Source: Takakia lepidozioides (lineage: Eukaryota; Plantae; Bryophyta). Taken from it: a stretch of DNA of 64,000 bases. Every line of letters begins with the position of its first letter. The first letter of the stretch is position 1. Made by a program: the position numbers and the translations under genes. Shown here piece by piece: positions 1 to 11,310 of the stretch. A model generated the notes under the pieces. The model was not told the DNA's origin. It saw only the letters and a list, made by a program, of their open reading frames with translations, and ran no database searches. The stretch spans positions 43,400,001 to 43,464,000 of the forward strand of contig CM060732.1 in NCBI GenBank assembly GCA_030704615.1, written 5' to 3'.

Positions 1-239
1 TGCAAACCATTACCATGACCTGCGGGTCAAGCAACACTCACTACAACAGATGAGCATTTTTATGACTTCACATATGACTATTTTTTCAGTCTTATATGCG
101 TTCGTCACTACATCACTCTGTAGTAAAAGCCCTGTCATAGTGACTAGTCTTTAGGACTGCGTTTTGCAAGTCATATCCATGACTGCTTGCGTGGCACCTG
201 GAGTCCTGCTGCAGAGAGGGTTGCAGTCACAACTATATG

Positions 240-655
240 ACTAATATATGACTACATTGTCTGTTGAGTGCTGCCTACATGGAGAGGCTTTAGCGGGACA
301 CGTGCGCCACTGCACAAGCGACACGTCATGCATTCGTCAGGGGATCATATGACTATATGTCTGCAAAGTGATGCCTACATGGAGAGGCGACGGATGGACA
401 CGTGCGCCACTGCGAATTTGACATGTCACGACTTCTTGCCATGATCATATGACTACATGTCTGCACAGTGATGCCTACATGGAGAGGCGCTAGCGAGACA
501 CGTGTGCTATGGCAGATTTCACACGTGGTGACTACATGACTCGCTCATATGACTACAGGGATGTCTACATGGAGAGATATTAGCGGGACACCTGTTGCAC
601 TTGAGATGTGACATGTGGCACACAGACAAAATATATGACTAGCATATATGACTAC
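240..655. repeat. CACTA subterminal tandem repeats, ~100-bp unit x ~4
   Basis: Recurrent ATATGACTA...GCCTACATGGAGAGGC...GACACGTG units near 246, 347, 448 and 548. Confidence 0.75.
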
Positions 656-1212
656 GAATCTTTACACGTGGTGAAAATATGGATAAAGAATGTCGTGTCA
701 TATACTGCCACGTGTTCTGGTTTGAGCAAGAGTGATGCCACGTGTCATCAAGATTGTTTTCCGAAATAGTTTATATTTTTAATGTTCATATTTTAATTTT
801 TAGTTTTCATTTAATATTTAAAAGAACAGGGAGATTGCAGTTTTGGAATTTTTTTAATTGGTATTATTTTTAATATTATTATTTAAAATGAAAGTGAATT
901 AAATGATTTAAAATCTTCATTACATGGTGAAATTCCAACATGAAAACAGAATGGATCCCTCCTGCATATTATCAACCACAAGGAGAATGAAAATAGTCAA
1001 GTACAGGGCAATACAAGCCCTATAAATCACATTACAAAAATCCAAATGAGACCAATATCCCAATGGACACCTCAAAAGCCACAAGGTCAAAAAATCCATG
1101 CCTCAAAAGGCCCAGCCAAAAACAAGCAAGCCCACACATGGGCTGAATTGTTGTAGCTAGTATGTTCTAGTGCTATTAGAATCAAGAACTCTGTTAAACA
1201 GTGCAATATTGA

Positions 1213-3312
1213 CTATCCCTTCCGCAGCTCCATAAGTTTCAGTAACTTTAGACTCCAAAGTGTTGTCTGGCCAACCACCTGCCCCAACTCGGTTTGTTTC
1301 CTAACACCATTCACATATGGTAGAGGGGTGTTACTGACACATGCCTCTTTGATGTACACACAGGCATAATCAAGGGGCACAGCAGGGTACCCGTAACCCA
1401 CCACAGCACCTTGAAGAGCAACAATCAGCCCTACTCCACATTTCTTGCGTTTGGAGTTCACATCCAACAACCGAACCTCGTCACCCACCCTGAACTGTGA
1501 TCCCAAATCCACACAAAAAAGAACACGATGTGAAAACCCATGACATACACACGACTAGGACACTCAACATTTGCGAGTTAAAGAGAGCCCCAAGGTTGGA
1601 AAAAATATAACAGACAAGACAACGGCCTGGACTTACTCCATTTGCAGTCTCCAGTGGTGGTGAGACCTCTTTTGGGGGGCTACTCGCCGGGTCGACACTC
1701 TTGCCCCTCGTCTGTACCGGCTTGTCGACAATATCACCTTTATTTGTCACAAGTTCCTGTGTCACAGACCAGAGATCAACCAGGAAAGCAATGAGCAAAC
1801 AGGAATAGTGAATAGAAACAAAATCCAAGTATGAATCAAACAAAAAAAACCAACATGAAAAGCTGCAAAGAAAACCTAGCATTAATCAAGCAACCGAGGA
1901 GAAGCATCCAGGAAAGCAATGCAATGAATGAACCCACAAAAATGTAGCCTCTGGAGCACTGTCAGAATGTTTGTACCTTCACAGTAGCAGTGTTGTATGC
2001 TTGTTGTCCGAAAACAAGCTGAGACTCCAAAAACTTGGGAATACTGGCAGCTTTCGATGCCTTCCACAAGAAAGGCCACAACACCTCTGTTAGATACTCA
2101 TCAGTTGGTGAATCTGGTTGCACCTTCCATGGCTCTGGAAAAATCCCACTGAAGGGAGGATTGTTTGCCGCCTTTCTTGGTGTGTCGTCAACAAGAACAG
2201 TGTCCTCATAAGTCCATTCTGGCCAGTCTGCCCACACTGTAGACAAGTTCTTGAAATATAATGGCTTTGAATCAGACCCCTTACGGCATGGGAGGACTGG
2301 ATCCTCGTCACAGTGAAGGGCATCCCACTGGAAAACCAGGTTAGTGTGGGCTTCAAAAATATAGTCCACCATTGGGAAGAAGTTGCGAGCTTGGCAACAA
2401 GACCACACCGCCACCTCAAAGTGTTCAAAACACTTTTGCAAAAAGTCATAACAGCGTGGTCTCAAAACTACCATCTTCTTGCCACACATCTTCCCCACAA
2501 AACCTTTGGGAAGGGATGCAGGCCCATTAGCAGAATGAAAATATTCACATAACAGACCATTTAAGTCCAGAATTAGTAAATGCTTCCTCGTTGGTCCAGG
2601 AAGTAAACTGACATTTGGCTTCAACATGTGAGCAGGAGAAATTAAAGCAACCTGCTTGTTTGTTTTGTCCCCGTCTGCATCTTCCTCCCCATCTAAACTC
2701 CCACATACCTGCATACTAGAATCCGGTGTGCCCGGCCGCTCTGTCACCATTGCCCCCTGGACTGCTACTGTCTTTGTACGTGGCAAGGGCTGAAGTTCCA
2801 CGTGTACCTCACAGCTGGCCTTCCCTGTATCCTGCTGCTGCTCGGTCAAATTCAAAAGATCATCAGTGACAGGAAGACATAAGGGCTTAGAGTGAGCACC
2901 AGTTACCGTCTGAAATTGGGATTCCAAACATTTTGATACTGTCATAGCAGACGTATCCATCGTAGATGTCACTGGTCCTGCTCCTGATAGATTAATCCCC
3001 AATCTCGTCACAATGGCTTTCTGGTACTCAATCATACTCTGCATCTGTAATTTTAATTCTGCAATGTCACGTCCTTGTGATTCCACCAGTTTGTCCAAGC
3101 CATCCATCCTGCCAACTATTGTAGAATATGCGAGACTTCCCTCCTGCCAATCCATGAAAACTTGCCCAAGTATGAATCAAACCCCAAAAACCTAGCATGA
3201 ACAACCATTGGAAAGAAAACCCAGGCCAAAAGCCATGAAAAAAACCCGAGCAACCTATGATGCAGCAACCACTCTAGCAAACGTGGAAAACACACTTACC
3301 CGCCGGGGGCTG
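1213..3312 (-). CDS. Multi-exon TnpA-like accessory gene: FCP1/SCP-like HAD phosphatase domain plus C-terminal Tnp1/En/Spm (Transposase_23-like) domain; 5' part cut off by element A
   Basis: ORF 1962-3155 has KHLLILDLNGLL, LRPRCYDFL..CFEHFEVAVWS, KNL..VW and TVLVDDTPRKA (FCP1-like). ORF 1213-1512 has VRLLD..GVG.I..G..VPLDYACVYI..TPLPY..ELGQVVGQTTLW (Tnp1-like). A splice donor GTAAGT lies at ~3299 on the minus strand. Confidence 0.7.
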
Positions 3313-3413
3313 CTATTTCATGAGCCATGAGCCATGAGCCATGAGCAGAGTCGTAAGTGTCGAAAAAAACATGAGCAGGACTATTTTCCGGAAATGAGTG
3401 TCCGCGGGAATAG
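3313..3413 (-). repeat. Terminal motif of element A: CTATTTCATGAGC(CATGAGC)n ... CCGCGG
   Basis: Reverse complement matches the element B end (GCTCATGAAATAG ending at 43133); the flanks diverge immediately beyond it. Confidence 0.75.
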
Positions 3414-3758
3414 GGTTTAGGGTGTCACGGTCATAGGGGGAGAAGGACCTCCCGATGAAGGAGGTTCGGCAATGTTTTTTAGAATTACATATTGAAAGGC
3501 AATGTTTCGCGAATGGTAGGGTGGTACTGATCTGTACCATGGGGGCCCATTTCAGCCTACCAGCCACTTGCAAAATCCACCCACACTCCCAATCCCAAAC
3601 GAAATGAGGAATGACGCATTTTGGGAACGATGGATACATAATAGAACAAAAAGAGGGCACAATGGGGTTTTTATTGATCCACATGAATTGCATTTGAAGC
3701 ACGTCTACTGTGCTGATTGTGCAAACAAATCTTTAGCCCTGTGCCTTTTGAATACAAG

Positions 3759-4382
3759 TCACGTTGCCAATGGGACTTCGACTGCTCTCACAACTAGCTC
3801 ATGAGTCTTCGGGCTCCTCCAGGTAAACTGGATTGCAGCCGTTGTACCGCCCCTGTTGATGTTCACCACAATGTCCTGCCCTTCAATCATTACCACCATC
3901 GAATATGGAAAGCTTCACGTTTTCACCGTCCACACCAATGCGAATGTCCCCATACAATGGAGAAGATGAGCGCACTCCTTCAAGAGTATAAGTCTCTCCG
4001 ATGGAGTCCACCCACGTCCACTGGCAGCAGTTCCACCGCAACAGCATAGCAGTGCGCATTCTTCTGCATGGGTGCCCGTCGTAGCTGGGAAAATCGGATG
4101 AAGGATGCGCAGGAGCCACGGACTCCTCAGACCCAGATCGTCACCCCGCTCGAAGGCGTACTGGCCTGGGAGATACTCAAAAGCGGACAATGTTTCCACA
4201 TTCGAACCAGTATCTTCTGTGTAATCTGTGTACCAGATAACGATGTCTCCCGATGTGGCCGAATACATTGCATAATTGATGCCTCCATAAGGGCAGTCGT
4301 CCCTTTGAGCGAGGTGAGGGCGAGGGTCAATGCGGTCCGTGGGTCCTGAAAATTGTTGACCTCGATATGGTTCCGGAAGCAC
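3759..4382 (-). pseudogene. Uncharacterised ~200-aa protein, frameshifted paralog of 4943-5449
   Basis: CPYGGINYAMYSATSGDIVIW; LRWNCCQWTW; SPLYGDIRI; MIEGQDIVV..AIQFT..HELVVRAVEVP, spread over different frames. Confidence 0.7.
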
Positions 4383-4942
4383 GACATCCTTGCAAAGGAG
4401 GACCTGAGGACGTGTTTGATGCCGATGAAAATCACCTTGCGGACAGCAACGAAGCCCTTAGATTTTCGAAATGATGAGAAGCGGAAGAGCAGTGCGGGCT
4501 CCAATAATGGACCATCTGGGTCACAAGTACCCACCAATCATCGTGTAACATGTTCAACAAGCCAGCGGTGGATGAACCGATACCTCTTTCTCATCCACGG
4601 GGTATAGTTTGAAATCTGCCACCGAAGTCCATCCCCCGGATGGAAATTCGGCGCCGCATTTACATCGAAGGGGGGATGGACTTCGTCGTCTCGAGTGGCT
4701 ATAGGCCCACCTGGCACTTACTGCCCATAGTTTGCATGGCAGGGAAGGAAACTGAATCGGCTACATCCATGGATGAGCCAATCTTCACCCCTGCAGGTTC
4801 TTGTAGGGGGAAATTTAAATGTGCCCTGGAGTATTTGTGACGAATTGCAGCGTTTGCTTGAATTTCTTCCAGCCACCGCGCTGCTACCTCCTCCATCCGG
4901 GAGCTGCTGTCATTGAGCGTACTGCGCTACTCTTTTTCAGGG

Positions 4943-5449
4943 ATGTCGTGCCGCCGAAATCCTGCTGACTGCCCTTATCATGGCCACGATTATGCTATGT
5001 TCAAACCACAATCAGGAGACATCATTGTCTGGCTTTCACTTTTCACAGACGCATCTGGAATCAAGCGGGAGTCTTTGCGCGCAATGGAGTATCTGGAGGG
5101 CTATTACCGGTGGAATGGGATGCCGGACAGATCACGCACGGCCTCACTTTGGCGCTGGAACTGCTGCCAGTGGACCAGGGAGGACGGCACCAGGGAAAAC
5201 TATATTCGTGGAGTTCACTCCGCTTTTCCAGTGTATGGAGACATTCGGCTGAGTTGCGAAGACGAATCGCACGGGCACAGGAGGGCCACAGTGACCTTGT
5301 CGATGTATGATGGTGGTATGATTGATGGGTATGACATTGTCATCAGCTCCACCAAGGGCACCAGATCGACCGCATTGCAGTTTACCTCGAGATGCCGCAT
5401 CAGTAATGAGCTAGTTTTGAGGGCTATCGAAGTTCCGTCGACTTGGTGA
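4943..5449 (+). CDS. Uncharacterised ~170-aa cargo protein (WNCCQW motif)
   Basis: Open ORF, collinear over its whole length with the paralog at 3759-4382. A possible splice acceptor (TTTTCAG) lies just before the ATG at 4943. Confidence 0.7.
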   Translation: MSCRRNPADCPYHGHDYAMFKPQSGDIIVWLSLFTDASGIKRESLRAMEYLEGYYRWNGMPDRSRTASLWRWNCCQWTREDGTRENYIRGVHSAFPVYGDIRLSCEDESHGHRRATVTLSMYDGGMIDGYDIVISSTKGTRSTALQFTSRCRISNELVLRAIEVPSTW

Positions 5450-5724
5450 CACCCATGTAGAAGGAGGAAGGGCTTAGATTTGTCTGGAGCTGCTAAATGT
5501 GAGACACCGTGTTCGATCAATAAAACAACCCATCGTACCTCACTTCTGTGTGCTTGTGTTTCATCGTGTTCAAGAACTGCCGTAATTGGCCCACTCTTTA
5601 CAATTTGAGGTCTCATTTCTACAATGTGTCTGTCCATATGAATATACCAGAGTCAGCGATATCACAGTCCTGAGGTGAAGAAAATCCATGTACGAGTTGT
5701 AGGAAACATGTACACGCCGAAGCT

Positions 5725-6780
5725 CGAAAATTCGGCACCGCATTCCATTTTCTCCATGAAGCTTTTTCTGGCAGCTCCCTTTCCTCCGCTATCGTCGTAA
5801 CGGAAATGCTGTAAAACATTTCATTTCCTGACATGGCATTACCATACTTCGAATTTGAGATGCGGCGCCGCAACACCATATTCGACCTTGCACTATCCAA
5901 GCATGTCCAGTCGGTAATGCTTGTCCATGTCCATACTTGAAATGCGGCACCGCATTTCCATGTCCGTCATCGAAATTTCGTACCGGACAATGAAATGCGG
6001 CACAGCATTTCCAAAGAGCACAATGGAATGCAGTGCCGCATTTCCGTAGAAGGGTCTGGAATTGGACAAACAACGATGGAAGTTCTGGAAATGCGGCACC
6101 ACATTTCCATGTCTGTCATCAAAATATCGAATCGGACAATGGAATGCGGTGCCGCATTTCCGTCCATCAAGACGGAATGCCCACACGGGTCTGGAATTGG
6201 ACAAACAACGATGTCTGTTTTGGAAATGCGGCGCCGCATTTCCCATGTTGGGCAATTGAAAGTTTTTATAGGACAATGTAAGTTTTTATAGGACGATGGA
6301 ATGCGGTGCCGCATTTCGGTCAAAGGGTCTGGAATTGGGCAAACATCGATGTCCCTTTTGGAAATGCGGCGCCGCATTTCCATGTACGTCATCGAAATTT
6401 CTTATTGGACAATGGAATGCGGTGCCGCATTCCCGTCTAGCATCATGGAATTGGGAGCCCAAGAACGTCGATGGGTTTGCAGTTGGAAAAATGACCATCT
6501 CCAAAAGGTAAATGCGGCACCGCATTTCCATGTTCGACCTCCGCATTTCGATTTACATCCATGGAAGGAGCTGCCAATCGGCAAAACTGCCGTGTCGGAA
6601 ACGGAAATGCGGCACCGCATTTGATGTCCAAACAGTCCGAACAGTTTCTGATGTCCAAACCATGAATCGGAAATTTGTTCTTGCCCCGGTTTTGGAAATG
6701 CGGTGCCGCATTTCCAAACGAGGTTTTTGCAGTTGCCACATTTCCGTTCAGACATTGAAATGCGGTGCCGCATTTCTGAT
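5725..6780. repeat. Array A1 of the palindrome GAAATGCGG-NN-CCGCATTTC (~15 copies)
   Basis: Copies at ~5939, 5992, 6025, 6088, 6141, 6223, 6298, 6361, 6414, 6509, 6604, 6695, 6757; spacings mostly 53, 63, 75 and 95 bp. Confidence 0.9.
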
Positions 6781-6914
6781 TTTGGGAGGGACCAGGTTTG
6801 GACGATGTTGTCGTTTAGAAGCACATGGGAGAGGGGACATGAAGGACAGGGAGAATTCCATTTTATATACTATGGAATTGAATTTAAATGTACAGAGAGT
6901 TCATTAAAATTGTA

Positions 6915-9900
6915 TTAATCTTGAAAATCATCACTACTGTCGGCCTGTTCTTGACTATCCTGCTCCGCCTCCACCCCATCATTGCCTTTCTCATCTCCAG
7001 CGGACTGGTCGTTGGCCAGGCTCTCAAAAATCCCATCTTCACCTTGCGGAACCGACCATCTCACCTCCGTTGGCTCGTCGTCCTCCCTGTCTGCATCGCT
7101 CTCATCCGCTGAATCACATATGAACTTTCGCACCCGTCTACCTGCCTCAGCTGTTGCTAACTCTTTCCTTATCCTTCTGTCCTCCCTAGCCCTCTCCAAA
7201 ATCTGCTCTACTTTACTGGGATTCTCACATCGTCTAATCGCTATATTTGCGAGTTTAGCTGCATAACTAGGAAGGGAGTAGTCCTTCACCGGGCTCGTCA
7301 TGAAGTCGGCCCTCGCAAAGAACGGGACATTCCTCCTGGCAGGAAGTGTAGGCCTTACATGTTTCGACCCGGATCCTCCAATCCTGCATATAACAATCAC
7401 CATAGACACCAATGAGAACCACAGTCCGGAAATGCGTTTGACAAAAAATCACCCAGAAGGCTTTGCAAACTTACAATGTTTGCACTCACTCGTATTCCGG
7501 GTTCTCCTCGGCATCAATGTCCACTGTCTCTTCCTCCGAGTCCGACGAATCCGAGGGGTCTTTGACTTCGATGGGAGCCTTCACATTCCGTTGCAGCCCT
7601 TCCAGATGGGATCCCCAGACGCCTGTGTCCTCCTCGTACGCAAAGAGGTGCCGGACGGAAAAACGCCCAGCCCACATTGAGGCACATGTTACAATGCCAT
7701 CCACACATTATGACATGGCCCTTCAGAAGGTTGCGAATGAAAGCATAACGAGAGTTTGCAGAAAAACATACAACAAGATTATGCATACCTGTCCCACAGA
7801 TGAGGTCGAGCAATGTGCCCTCCACGTCAGTGCATGTCTCCATAATTGTCTGAATGAAGGCAGGGCTCCGAGTGCGTGAATACCGCAGGGGTTCAGTTGA
7901 AGTGAGGCTATGAGGGAGAAGTTCCGTGGGAACGTTGTTGAACAGGACGTCGTAATTGATGGGGTCGCAGTTCGGGTCAACCAACAATCCCTCCTTCCGG
8001 AAAGCAAAGGTGGAGTTCTCCTTCACAAAGCAATATGCATCGAACTGCTTCGTCTGCATACACAGTGGGGAACGATTAGAAATCGAATGCGGCACCGCAT
8101 TTCAAGACTCCTAAGAAAATGAAAGGACGAGTGCCAAGGTCGTAATTACCTTCTTCCCTTCCGACCGAAGGCCCAATGTGTTGATGCACGTCCACTTCTT
8201 CTTCAGAATTGGGACGGCGCTCTTGCGGGTCCACTTCGCAATTCCTGTCTGCGTGTTTTTGCCTCTGCTCGCCAGGACAACCACACAGCCTCTGTCGTCC
8301 AACACCATGCGGGCGAGCCCGAATCCTTTCTTCCAAAAGTCCTCGGAGTACCTGTTCCAAGATGGCAAAGCTTGCAATCCTTCCACAGGCTCTCCGTCTG
8401 GAATATCCAAGATGATCATATCGCAAGACCAATCGGTGGAATTTCCGCCCCTCCTGCAATCCTTGTCTGCACACACCCTCTCAAAGAACGAGACCATCTT
8501 CAGAAACCCGGGGTGTCGGAAGGCTCTTCGGCAGCCACCTTCTTCAGTGCTCTGCCCTTCAGACCCTCCATGGTCTTCATGTATGCCAACTTGGCTGCCC
8601 GTCCATCCAAAGCCGCCAAGAAACTCTCATTCACACACTGGACTACTGTATCGGGATCCACTTTTGGCCTCTTCATTTCCACTGGCTCGAAAGGGTGCCC
8701 CCCCGGGGGGTTGAAGAGTGCATTCTTTGCCGAGCCAGTTCTCGTCCCTCTCGTGACAACGGTGGGCACAGGGGATTTCGGCTGCGTCTCGGGGGGTGGG
8801 CTGGTTGCAAAGTCTCCATCGGAGTCCTCTTCCTCACCCTCTACCTGCACTATCTGTTTCTGCTTCTTCGTTTTCTTGGGTGTCACGACTGCTGCTCCTT
8901 GCTGGCGAGTCCGCTTCTTCGACCCCTTCTGTTGAGCCTGCACAGCTGCATCCACCGTTTTCTGTGCCATCTCAGCTGCCTTTCTGGATTGTTCCAGAGC
9001 AGCAGCTTCCTTTGCCGACTCTGGCCGAGCAGGGACACGTCTTTCCTTTCTCTTCTCTTCTGCTTTCGCGTGCAGATCTTTCTCAGACTCGTCAACAATT
9101 CCGCCAGACATGTCCAGGTACCACGGGTATCCAACCAGATGCGCGGCATGCCATTGTTTCTGCAGCTCGGGTGTGTAGACACAGCTTGGGCCCGCCACGG
9201 TCCAAGCCATGAAGAACGGGGGCTCTTGAGCCAGGGCCCCTGTCTGAAGAAGCACGTATTTCATATACCTGCAGGGCAGTCAGCACGCGTGAGCAAAAGT
9301 TGAGACCAACGTACTCGCAGAGTGCAACCGAAAACATAAAATGCAAATGCGGTGCCGCATTTCCCAGGCAAACCTCATTACCAGGCTTTGCGTACAAGGA
9401 CAGCTGGGCTTCACCTGTAAACAATTCGCATTGCAGCTTTTCCCGCTCCCTCCTGATGTGTAAACTCCACGCTCCTTCTTGCTGTCTGTAGCTCCCTGGC
9501 GAAGACGTTGTCCTTGTAAGCACATCTGAAACGTGTCACGTAGTCTTCCAATGTCTGTGTTCCATCCCATTTGACGTACAAGCCGAACGAATTTGTATGC
9601 ATTACGACTTGCTCCTTCGCATTCGTCATTACCCACATGCATTGTCACGTAGCAGTTCAGGGAATTCATTTCAGAAAAGCAACTCTGGGGAAGTACCTTG
9701 AATTACCTGGAACCACCCAGTCATGCGGTTGAGCCACACATCCACTGCAGGGTCGGAAACTTCGAGTGGAAAAAACCACATTGTCCTTGTACTCTCCGAT
9801 GCATTCCAGATCGACAGTCACCGTGTCTGCCATTTCCGATCCAATGTCAGGAGCAGGAAGAAGAGTGGCTATTGCTAGGAAGGAACTTCAGTGAATTGAA

Positions 9901-11310
9901 ACATCACCTTCTCTTTCGCTTCAACACATGCCGTTGAGAGGTGATGCAGTTTCTCCAACTGCATGGTCGGCTGCATGGCCCGAGAATAGTGTTTTGCAAT
10001 CTCGGGGATGAAGTCCTTTCCAAGTGCCGGATCTGCAATGGCCACTAGCTTCACAAGCTTTGACTTGTATTTCGTTCTGGACTTGACCCCGGCTTCCTTC
10101 AAGTGCTCAGTCAATGACTACAACGTTTTGACCTGCCCCTCACTTTCCATGAAGAAGCGTTTGGCATGGGCCAAATCCAGCTTGATGTTTGACTGCCAAC
10201 AAAAACATGCAGAAGCGTTACATTCGATTCATGTGGAAAGATTACCGGAAATTGGGGAAGGATGAGCAGAGGGGAATGGGAGGACAACTTACTTCGTATA
10301 TCACCTCCACCATTCCATCCATAGTGAGACGATACCATGTCCGGTCAGTTTTTGCCACGGCTTTCTGAATAAGCTCGGGCTCCAGCATTTCCGCAAACAT
10401 GTGCGGATCAGTGAGACCAGTTTTCCTCACCCTGTACAGCATATGTGCCATGTGGGTATGCACGTACGCATTTTCAGTGATCCTGCAAGGCACACTCTCC
10501 AGTTCAGTCCACGGAAGCACGGAAACAAAATAGATTGGAAACCAAAATGCGGCACCGCATTTCGAACGTGGTTGGGAGGGTATGAGTATCTTACGAGTTG
10601 AGGTCCGCCATGGCATTCTTGAGCAGGGAGGAATCTGCCGCCTTCACCTTGAGGATGACACACTCCACCATGTAATGCCAGCCAATGTGCTTGGCATGGT
10701 TCTGCTTGATGTACTCCCACCAGGCGAGAAGTCGGTGATTCCCGTCCCACACAAAGAACATTTTACCCGACATATGGTCGAAGTCGGGATCACCCTTCAG
10801 GGTTGCCTCGAATTCGTCGTTGCGAGTGTGCGAGTGGGTATCCCATGTTGACAATTCCTCCGCAGTGGGTCCACGAGATTCGCCGTCCTCATTCTCAAGG
10901 GAAACGTAGAAGGCTGGCGAACCTAGACGGTACCCTTCTCGAAATGCGAACTTGAGCTTATCCACATCTCCGGGAAGTGCCTGCCTGACGATGGGAAGGG
11001 AGACCATGCGACAGAGTGGGATTCGAAGAGTCCGCTGGAATACCCTGCTACCCAGAACTCTGCCAATGCTACTATGTGTCTCCTCCAACATTGTATCCGC
11101 TGCACTTTGGAATTCCTCCGGAGACATTTCTGCTGGTGGCGGCAGGGGCTGAGCAGCTGGAGCGTCCCCAACTGGAGCTGCACTCTGGGGAATCTTTGTG
11201 GACAATTGTGCAATTGCAGAGGCCTCCTCCAGGCCTTCAGTGGTCAGGTCTTCCTCAACTGTGGTCAGGTCTTGCTGAGAACGTTGAGAGGTTCTCTCAA
11301 CTCCTTCTTA
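6915..11310 (-). CDS. Element A cargo gene, 3' part: ParB/Srx-like domain, helical region and beta-class DNA amino-methyltransferase-like domain (multi-exon; at least one frameshift at ~8500)
   Basis: IPLCRMVSLPIVR..DVDKLKFAFREGY..FVWDGNHRLLAW (ParB GxxR motif); CDMIILDIPDG (motif IV-like); RMVLDDRGCVVV; TRSPAFIQTIMETCTDVEGTLLDLICGTG (motif X/I-like); GT-AG introns; collinear with the genes in B and C. Confidence 0.75.

Larger units (their letters stand above)
39..3312 (-). mobile_element. CACTA (En/Spm) DNA transposon, one terminus and adjacent gene; interrupted at 3313 by element A
   Basis: CACTACAACAGA starts at 39, followed by dense CATATGACTA subterminal motifs. The adjacent gene ends in a Tnp1/En/Spm-like domain. 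The other end was not found in the window. Confidence 0.7.

Noticed and set aside
3411-3423. TAGGGTTTAGGG as a telomeric repeat
   Set aside because: Under two units; at most a telo-box-like motif.
5789-6907. Numerous overlapping ORFs with KCGAAF/EMRCRIS/GNAAPHF repeats (also 20584-22604 and 38769-40221)
   Set aside because: These are translations of the stop-free palindrome in all six frames, with no protein-like signal.
10591-11205. Bacterial contamination or a plasmid par locus
   Set aside because: The ParB-like exon has GT-AG introns, no ParA is present, and it is nested among plant-type retrotransposons.
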